A DNA stretch of 64,000 nucleotides, taken from a virus. A program made the position numbers and the translations under genes. Shown here in pieces: positions 58,987 through 63,552 of the stretch. The number at the start of each line of letters is the position of its first letter. Position 1 is the first letter of the stretch. The notes under the pieces are model-generated. The model worked only from the letters and a program-made list of their open reading frames with translations. It did not search any database and was not told where the DNA came from. Location: positions 96,984 to 160,983 of the IMG/VR virus record IMGVR_UViG_3300042542_003555; one strand, given 5' to 3'.

Positions 58987-59253
58987 TCATTTTTTATCTA
59001 ATGTATTAATTTCATTAGTAATGTAATCACCAGATTTATCACTAATTCTATTCATTTCTTTTAGTGCATCTAACACACAATCTTCTGTACTTAGGATATC
59101 TTGAAAATCTGAAGAACTTTTTTTAATGTTGCACTTACATTTTTCACATTTACATTCTTTTTCTTTTTTAAAGATTTTGTCCCAGTTGTCATTATATGTT
59201 TTTTGATCCACACTGAATGGTCTGGGATTACTTCCTTTGCCACCATCAGACAT
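58987..59253 (-). CDS. Hypothetical protein (GGKGSxPRP...YxDNWDKIF motif)
   Basis: AGGAG RBS; motif common in small phage proteins. Confidence 0.65.
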   Translation of the reverse strand: MSDGGKGSNPRPFSVDQKTYNDNWDKIFKKEKECKCEKCKCNIKKSSSDFQDILSTEDCVLDALKEMNRISDKSGDYITNEINTLDKK

Positions 59254-59273
59254 ATTTAACTCCTATTAAAAAT

Positions 59274-59347
59274 TGGTCCTCTCTGATGGTAACGATCCAA
59301 CGTCTACCGCTTATCAAGCGGGTGCTCTACCTTTGAGCTAAGAGAGG
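59274..59347 (-). tRNA. tRNA-Ile(GAT)
   Basis: CCGC-TT-GAT-AA-GCGG; atypical T-loop; CCA. Confidence 0.85.
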
Positions 59348-59349
59348 AA

Positions 59350-59425
59350 TGGCCGGTCCTGAAGGAATCGAACCTCCACCTGTAGGTCCGTAGCCTACCG
59401 TAATCATCCATTTTACTAAGGACCG
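59350..59425 (-). tRNA. tRNA-Arg(ACG)
   Basis: GTAGG-CT-ACG-GA-CCTAC; CCA. Confidence 0.9.
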
Positions 59426-59430
59426 ATAAT

Positions 59431-59589
59431 AAATTTATAGCCGGTGTGTACACATTGAGGCATCACCCTCTCCCGACACTCCGTTCACTAAGCACAGCCG
59501 TTCACTAATTCCTGATTGATGGTCAGTTTTCGTTAATACTAAGCCATGTAGTCATCCTTCCCACTGGACTCTGCTCCTGCTATAAATTT
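59431..59589 (-). ncRNA. Stem-enclosed structured RNA of unknown family
   Basis: 11-bp terminal inverted repeat AAATTTATAGC/GCTATAAATTT between two tRNAs; no ORF of 60 aa or more. Confidence 0.6.
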
Positions 59590-59664
59590 TGGTGGTAATG
59601 GAGAGATTCGAACTCCCAACACACACCGTATGAAGGTGCTGCACTACCATTGTGCTACATTACC
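59590..59664 (-). tRNA. tRNA-Met(CAT), elongator (Ile2 not excluded)
   Basis: GCACC-TT-CAT-AC-GGTGT; CCA. Confidence 0.85.
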
Positions 59665-59668
59665 TAAT

Positions 59669-59745
59669 TGGTCTGAGTAGAGAGGATCGAACTCCCGACC
59701 TCCTGCTCCCAAAGCAGGCGCACTACCAGGCTGTGCTATACTCAG
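59669..59745 (-). tRNA. tRNA-Pro(TGG)
   Basis: CCTGC-TT-TGG-GA-GCAGG; CCA. Confidence 0.9.
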
Positions 59746-59752
59746 ATAAAAC

Positions 59753-59826
59753 TGGAGCGGGATATCAGAATCGAACTGATAACAGGAGCTTGGAAGGCTC
59801 ACGTTTTACCATTAAACTAATCCCGC
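59753..59826 (-). tRNA. tRNA-Gly(TCC)
   Basis: GAGC-CT-TCC-AA-GCTC; U73; CCA. Confidence 0.9.
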
Positions 59827-59829
59827 ATT

Positions 59830-59903
59830 TGGTGCCGCTTGATGGAATCGAACCAACGATTGATGCTTACAAGGCAACTGTTATGCCATTTAACTAAAGC
59901 GGC
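59830..59903 (-). tRNA. tRNA-Thr(TGT)
   Basis: TGC-CT-TGT-AA-GCA; CCA. Confidence 0.85.
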
Positions 59904-60643
59904 TATAATGCTTCAATAATTTTTTTACCTACTCGTTGTACATCTCTGGTATTTCTTTCACCTAAGATGACTATTGTATATTTCTCGCCATTTTTTGTCA
60001 AGAGCATTGCCAGACATTTGCCGGCAGCATTAGTGAAGCCAGTTTTTGATATCTCAATTTCTTTATATTCTTTTAATAAGTTATAATTTGTATTTTGAAC
60101 TACCAAATTACGTTTTACTTTTCTTCTTGTATATTGTGTTACATGCATTTGTTCTATTGCTGCAAGATTTTTCATTGTGTCAAAATTATATGCATAATTT
60201 AATAATATTGATAAATCTCTTGCGTTGCTTATATTATTTCTTCCTATACCAGAAGGATCTTCATATTGCGTATGAATCATTCCTAACTGTTCTGCTTTGT
60301 GATTCATGTTAGCAATAAAACTACTTCTGCCGCCTGAGTGTGCTTTTGCTAAAGCTTCGGCGGCTTGATTATCACTTTTAACTAATAATAATTTTAACAA
60401 TTCTTCTCTACTTAACTCTTTTCTACCCAAAAAACCTCTGTAGGAAACTTTTTCGTTTAATGATGCACCACTTTCAATAACAACAATTGCAGTCATTAGT
60501 TTTGTAACACTTGCAATTGGTCTTACTCTTTCAGATGCATATTCATGTACTACTTCATCTTTTGTTACATTATAAACATAAGTTGTTGCAGATGATACAT
60601 GTGCCGACAATAATAAAGATAAAATGAGAATTAATTTTTTCAT
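59903..60643 (-). CDS. D-alanyl-D-alanine carboxypeptidase/endopeptidase (peptidase S11, PBP5/PBP7-like)
   Basis: Signal peptide; SVTK (SxxK), SDN (SxN) and KTG motifs. Confidence 0.88.
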   Translation of the reverse strand: MKKLILILSLLLSAHVSSATTYVYNVTKDEVVHEYASERVRPIASVTKLMTAIVVIESGASLNEKVSYRGFLGRKELSREELLKLLLVKSDNQAAEALAKAHSGGRSSFIANMNHKAEQLGMIHTQYEDPSGIGRNNISNARDLSILLNYAYNFDTMKNLAAIEQMHVTQYTRRKVKRNLVVQNTNYNLLKEYKEIEISKTGFTNAAGKCLAMLLTKNGEKYTIVILGERNTRDVQRVGKKIIEAL

Positions 60644-60668
60644 CTTTGTTCCTGTGTGTGTAAAGGTT

Positions 60669-60676
60669 TATTTATG
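60669..60676 (-). promoter_or_regulatory. Late-promoter-like CATAAATA overlapping the tRNA-Ala CCA end
   Basis: One mismatch to TATAAATA, about 25 nt before the S11 peptidase ATG. Confidence 0.45.
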
Positions 60677-60748
60677 GTGGAGGATAACAGAATCGAACTG
60701 TTAATCTCGGCTTGCAAAGCCGATGTTATCCCATTTAACTAATCCCCC
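60675..60748 (-). tRNA. tRNA-Ala(TGC)
   Basis: TCGGC-TT-TGC-AA-GCCGA; G3-U70; CCA. Confidence 0.9.
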
Positions 60749-60766
60749 GACCGCCTCACACGCTAC

Positions 60767-60852
60767 TGGTGGGTGCTCTCCGATTCGAACAGAGAAGGCC
60801 TAGACAACGGATTTACAGTCCGCCCCCGATACCATTACGGGACTAAACACCC
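60767..60852 (-). tRNA. tRNA-Tyr(GTA)
   Basis: GCGGA-CT-GTA-AA-TCCGT; long variable arm; CCA. Confidence 0.9.
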
Positions 60853-60859
60853 TAAAACT

Positions 60860-60934
60860 TGGCTCCGGAGGTTGGGATCGAACCAACGACATATGGATTA
60901 ACAGTCCACCGTTCTACCACTGAACTACACCGGA
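60860..60934 (-). tRNA. tRNA-Asn(GTT)
   Basis: GTGGA-CT-GTT-AA-TCCAT; CCA. Confidence 0.9.
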
Positions 60935-60941
60935 ATAAATT

Positions 60942-61018
60942 TGGCGACACTTAGGGAATTCGAATCCCTGACCTCTGCCGTGACAGGGCAGCGTTCTAAC
61001 CAACTGAACTAAAGTGCC
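60942..61018 (-). tRNA. tRNA-Asp(GTC)
   Basis: CTGCC-CT-GTC-AC-GGCAG; CCA. Confidence 0.9.
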
Positions 61019-61023
61019 ATAAT

Positions 61024-61156
61024 AATATGGTGATTGGACGCCACGCCAACTTTCTGCTTACCACAAGGATGCCTTTCGGCTTCGCATTACTGGGTTGTTT
61101 CAGCGCACAGCCACTATACAGTGACCAAATCCCTTACCTTGCTTCTTCACCATATT
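61024..61156 (-). ncRNA. Stem-enclosed structured RNA of unknown family
   Basis: 10-bp terminal IR AATATGGTGA/TCACCATATT; internal GCC-GAAA-GGC hairpin. Confidence 0.55.
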
Positions 61157-61228
61157 GAAACACACTGGGACTCCATTGGAGTGAATTATCTTCGGAACAA
61201 CCCTTAGAACCAATGTGTTTCAATATGG
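61150..61228 (-). ncRNA. tRNA-Lys 3'-trailer stem cassette (three-way junction)
   Basis: 19-bp IR (one G-U on the minus strand) starting at the tRNA CCA; two internal hairpins. Confidence 0.6.
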
Positions 61229-61300
61229 TAGGTGCGGAGAATTTCGAAATCTCGACTTACCGGTTAAAAGCCGGTTACTCTGCCTCTGAGTTACGCACCC
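61226..61300 (-). tRNA. tRNA-Lys(TTT)
   Basis: ACCGG-CT-TTT-AA-CCGGT; CCA. Confidence 0.9.
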
Positions 61301-61329
61301 ATTATCTTATCACTCTTGTCACTATCCAT
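61291..61329 (-). CDS. 12-aa mini-ORF MDSDKSDKIMGA ending inside tRNA-Lys
   Basis: AAGGAG RBS 7 nt before ATG. Confidence 0.4.
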   Translation of the reverse strand: MDSDKSDKIMGA

Positions 61330-61355
61330 AACAGGACTCCTTTTTAAAAAATTAA

Positions 61356-61573
61356 TCTTGCTTAGGCTACTTGTTTTCCACGCAAGCCCCTATGCTGAGT
61401 TGTTACCCTGTCCACATTATGTTGAGCATTTGTCACGCATAATGAACGCTGCTATGTTGTTTGAAACACCGGAAACGCCGATTTCGCAGAGTTTATGTTT
61501 CGCTGACGGTGCCATAGCCACCGGGACTCTCTCGTTTACCACACGCTACTTTCAGGAAAGTAGTAACCGGAAC
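61356..61573 (-). ncRNA. About 220-nt multi-stem structured RNA (possibly manA-motif-like)
   Basis: Hairpins CTACTTT/AAAGTAG, CGGTG/CACCG, CATTATG/CATAATG, TAGG..CTTG/CAAG..CCTA. Confidence 0.55.
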
Positions 61574-61625
61574 TTATATGGTATAATCTACCAAGCATAT
61601 TGTGCTTGTATCACAGTTAGTTATA

Positions 61626-61774
61626 CCATATTAAAGTATTATCTGCTCAATTTAGGAAATTGGTGCGCTTGCCATCCATAGCCGAGAGCGGTTATATTAG
61701 GATCAGTCGCCGGCTGCTTTGACCCGAATAGTGTATGCGTCCATACACGATACCCTGATAATACTTTAATATGG
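61626..61774 (-). ncRNA. tRNA-Glu 3'-trailer stem cassette with possible pseudoknot
   Basis: 18-bp perfect IR starting at the tRNA CCA; internal GTGTATG/CATACAC and GGGTCA/TGATCC stems; loop AGCCG complementary to downstream CGGCT. Confidence 0.6.
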
Positions 61775-61846
61775 CACACCCAACCGGATTCGAACCGGTG
61801 TTACTGCCGTGAAAGGGCAATGTCCTGACCACTAGACGATGGGTGC
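61772..61846 (-). tRNA. tRNA-Glu(TTC)
   Basis: TTGCC-CT-TTC-AC-GGCAG; CCA. Confidence 0.9.
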
Positions 61847-61890
61847 ATCGTATTGCTAAATTGTTAAAGAAACTCAACTACAGAAACATC

Positions 61891-61919
61891 ATTGTACACT
61901 GGCTCAATCGTTTTGTCAA
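61891..61919 (-). promoter_or_regulatory. Internal sigma70 promoter of the tRNA array
   Basis: TTGACA(61919-61914)-N17-TACAAT(61896-61891). Confidence 0.8.
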
Positions 61920-61958
61920 GCGTGTTGTACAAATACAACATGTTGCTACTTTTGCAAC

Positions 61959-62036
61959 TGGAGCAACGGGTCAGATTCGAACTGACGGTTTTAAGGTTTT
62001 GCAGACCTTTGCATTGGGCCACTCTGCCACCGTTGC
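61959..62036 (-). tRNA. tRNA-Cys(GCA)
   Basis: AAGGT-CT-GCA-AA-ACCTT; U73; CCA. Confidence 0.9.
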
Positions 62037-62042
62037 GTCAAC

Positions 62043-62132
62043 TGGTCCTTCGGTGTGGAGTCGAACCACATCCTGGGTCTTATCTGGACAAATGCTTATA
62101 AGGCATCCTGCTCTACCGTGAGCTACCGAAGG
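62043..62132 (-). tRNA. tRNA-Ile(TAT) with an abnormally long variable region
   Basis: GATGC-CT-TAT-AA-GCATT; acceptor CCTTCGG/CCGAAGG, A73, CCA; about 20-nt variable region. Confidence 0.75.
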
Positions 62133-62191
62133 TCATTCTTAAATATAAAATAAAGAAGCAAAAAAATGATAACTACAACTATCGCAGCCAT
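62123..62191 (-). CDS. 22-aa hydrophobic mini-ORF MAAIVVVIIFLLLYFIFKNDLR ending inside tRNA-Ile(TAT)
   Basis: AGGAAAGGAG RBS; TM-like peptide. An alternative ATG 4 nt upstream gives an 18-aa ORF in another frame. Confidence 0.4.
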   Translation of the reverse strand: MAAIVVVIIFLLLYFIFKNDLR

Positions 62192-62223
62192 TCATAATTA
62201 CTCCTTTCCTTTTGTTCGTTAAT

Positions 62224-62316
62224 TGGCGGAGATAGTTGGATTCGAACCAACGGATCATTTTTAAGATGATCGACGGTTTAGCAAACCGCTGCCTTAAGCC
62301 TCTCAGCCATATCTCC
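62224..62316 (-). tRNA. tRNA-Ser(GCT)
   Basis: GCGGT-TT-GCT-AA-ACCGT; long variable arm; G73; CCA. Confidence 0.9.
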
Positions 62317-62421
62317 TACTATTACTGCAAACTTATAAAACGAAAACATCACAGTAGCCATAAAAAAGCCCATTGCTATCCAATAACCTAATATTGTTAA
62401 TACAATTATTGCTATAGACAT
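62278..62421 (-). CDS. 47-aa membrane peptide ending inside tRNA-Ser(GCT)
   Basis: AGGAGA RBS; MSIAIIVLTILGYWIAMGFF... Confidence 0.45.
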   Translation of the reverse strand: MSIAIIVLTILGYWIAMGFFMATVMFSFYKFAVIVGDMAERLKAAVC

Positions 62422-62435
62422 TTGTTCTCCTATAT

Positions 62436-62520
62436 CCATAGTAAAACACATTCTTGGATTCTCGTAACAGTAATCCATGACCCCGGGCGTCATTATGTGT
62501 TTGAATGTGTTTTACTATGG
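62436..62520 (-). ncRNA. tRNA-Ser(TGA) 3'-trailer stem cassette (three-way junction)
   Basis: 18-bp perfect IR starting at the tRNA CCA; internal ATGAC/GTCAT and GGATT/AATCC hairpins. Confidence 0.6.
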
Positions 62521-62605
62521 CGGAAGCGGTGAGATTCGAACTCACGGACCTTTTACAGTCGGCAGTTTTCAAGACTGCTGATTTAAACCACTCATCCACA
62601 CTTCC
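62518..62605 (-). tRNA. tRNA-Ser(TGA)
   Basis: GCAGT-CT-TGA-AA-ACTGC; long variable arm; CCA. Confidence 0.9.
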
Positions 62606-62614
62606 ATAAATCTT

Positions 62615-62689
62615 TGGGGTGTCTAACGAGTACCGACCTCGTACCTACTCTTTCACAGAGAGTAATGCTACCACTACACCATAGACACC
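62615..62689 (-). tRNA. tRNA-His(GTG)
   Basis: ACTCT-CT-GTG-AA-AGAGT; G-1:C73; atypical T-loop; CCA. Confidence 0.88.
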
Positions 62690-62691
62690 AC

Positions 62692-62765
62692 TGGCAGGGA
62701 CATTAGGATTCGAACCTAAACTAACAGAGTCAAAGTCTGCGGTGCTGCCGTTACACTATGTCCCA
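62692..62765 (-). tRNA. tRNA-Gln(TTG)
   Basis: GCAGA-CT-TTG-AC-TCTGT; CCA; first tRNA after the attenuator. Confidence 0.9.
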
Positions 62766-62769
62766 ATAT

Positions 62770-62803
62770 AAACAAAAAACCCCTAGTTTTTACGCTAGGG
62801 GTC
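62770..62803 (-). terminator. Intrinsic terminator of the putative attenuator
   Basis: GACCCCTAG-CGTAAAAA-CTAGGGGTT-TTTTGTTT. Confidence 0.85.
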
Positions 62804-62843
62804 TTGTGTTTAGATTAAGATTTCTAGTCTATACACGGACCCC
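62798..62843 (-). promoter_or_regulatory. Antiterminator hairpin of the putative attenuator
   Basis: GGGGTC-C-GTGT-A-TAGA (end of leader ORF) pairs with TCTA-A-ACAC-AA-GACCCC, sequestering the terminator 5' arm. Confidence 0.75.
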
Positions 62844-62924
62844 AAAGGCGAACCATGACGCATCACCACAATTAATTGTGTGATACTCTGGCTGACTTAT
62901 AATGGGTTTGCGTATGGACAACAT
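62829..62924 (-). CDS. Attenuator leader peptide containing all 20 amino acids (MLSIRKPIISQPEYHTINCGDASWFAFGVRV)
   Basis: Lies between promoter and terminator; AGAAAG SD-like element. The 63-aa version in the ORF track starts upstream of the promoter and is unlikely. Confidence 0.75.
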   Translation of the reverse strand: MLSIRKPIISQPEYHTINCGDASWFAFGVRV

Positions 62925-62957
62925 TGTAATCTTTCTAACTAAATTTAATATGTTAAC

Positions 62958-62986
62958 AGTATATAGTAAACTTTTTGGTTTGTCAA
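62958..62986 (-). promoter_or_regulatory. Sigma70 promoter of the tRNA operon leader
   Basis: AACCC-TTGACA(62986-62981)-N17-TATACT(62963-62958), same consensus as the early promoters. Confidence 0.85.
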
Positions 62987-63004
62987 GGGTTATTTTGATG
63001 TTTT

Positions 63005-63514
63005 TTATGAAACTTTCCATTTTATTGGAATTGAAACTATTGGATCATCAGGATTCTTAAATTCATCAAAGATATTCCAAAGATGATGCATCACTACAAA
63101 TTTATATAATAATCCTGGTTCTCTACCGTATGCATCAATCTCCCAAGGATGATCCCAATAGTCTACCTTACTTTGATCTATCTTTTTATTTTTCCATCTA
63201 GATAATACATCGTCGGTTTCGTTCATGATATATTGTTTAACATGTACCATCTCATGTGCAAGTGTTTCCAATATTAATCTTGCCCCAATTCCCGAATGTA
63301 TCTCTATTAGAAATTCTCTAGGTTGTTTTCCTTTGTTATATCCAGAAATACTGGCATAACCATATTCTTTGATTTTCTTTGTAAAGACAATTTTAGTCTT
63401 ACAGTTATTGCTAATTCTTTTATTTGGGATTAATTCTTGGGCAAAAAAGGAGGCTGCCTCAGACACAAAAGGCTTAAAGTCTTTATCTGGACAATTGACA
63501 ATCTTGAACTGCAT
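63005..63514 (-). CDS. Zincin-like metallopeptidase domain protein
   Basis: TLAHEMVHVKQY...PWEIDAY. Confidence 0.75.
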   Translation of the reverse strand: MQFKIVNCPDKDFKPFVSEAASFFAQELIPNKRISNNCKTKIVFTKKIKEYGYASISGYNKGKQPREFLIEIHSGIGARLILETLAHEMVHVKQYIMNETDDVLSRWKNKKIDQSKVDYWDHPWEIDAYGREPGLLYKFVVMHHLWNIFDEFKNPDDPIVSIPIKWKVS

Positions 63515-63543
63515 CGGTGTTCCTTTGTGTACCTATGCATCAT

Positions 63544-63551
63544 TATTTATA
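63544..63551 (-). promoter_or_regulatory. T4-type late promoter TATAAATA
   Basis: Exact match 30 nt upstream of the 63514 ATG. Confidence 0.6.
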
Positions 63552-63552
63552 T

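Noticed and set aside
59652-59897. Plus-strand 81-aa ORF
   Set aside because: Antisense to tRNA-Pro, tRNA-Gly and tRNA-Thr.
4429-61670. Shared 12-mer ATTGGTGCGCTT at 4429 and 61659
   Set aside because: Single 12-mer matches are expected by chance in 64 kb.
61024-62520. Hammerhead or HDV-like (theta) ribozymes in tRNA trailers
   Set aside because: I could not find the CUGANGA/GAAA core or a convincing nested double pseudoknot by eye; a covariance-model search is needed to exclude them fully.
61316-62599. ORF-track entries 61316..61681, 61692..61877, 61843..62121, 61892..62101 and 62333..62599
   Set aside because: They overlap tRNA genes or structured RNAs and lack an RBS or recognisable protein features.
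57591-62765. Suppressor tRNA or stop-codon reassignment
   Set aside because: No CTA, TTA or TCA anticodon was found, and core genes translate full-length with the standard code.
62829-63020. 63-aa ORF as given in the track (MESFIKNI...)
   Set aside because: Its 5' half runs through the promoter and overlaps the upstream gene; the ATG at 62924 downstream of the promoter is the plausible start.
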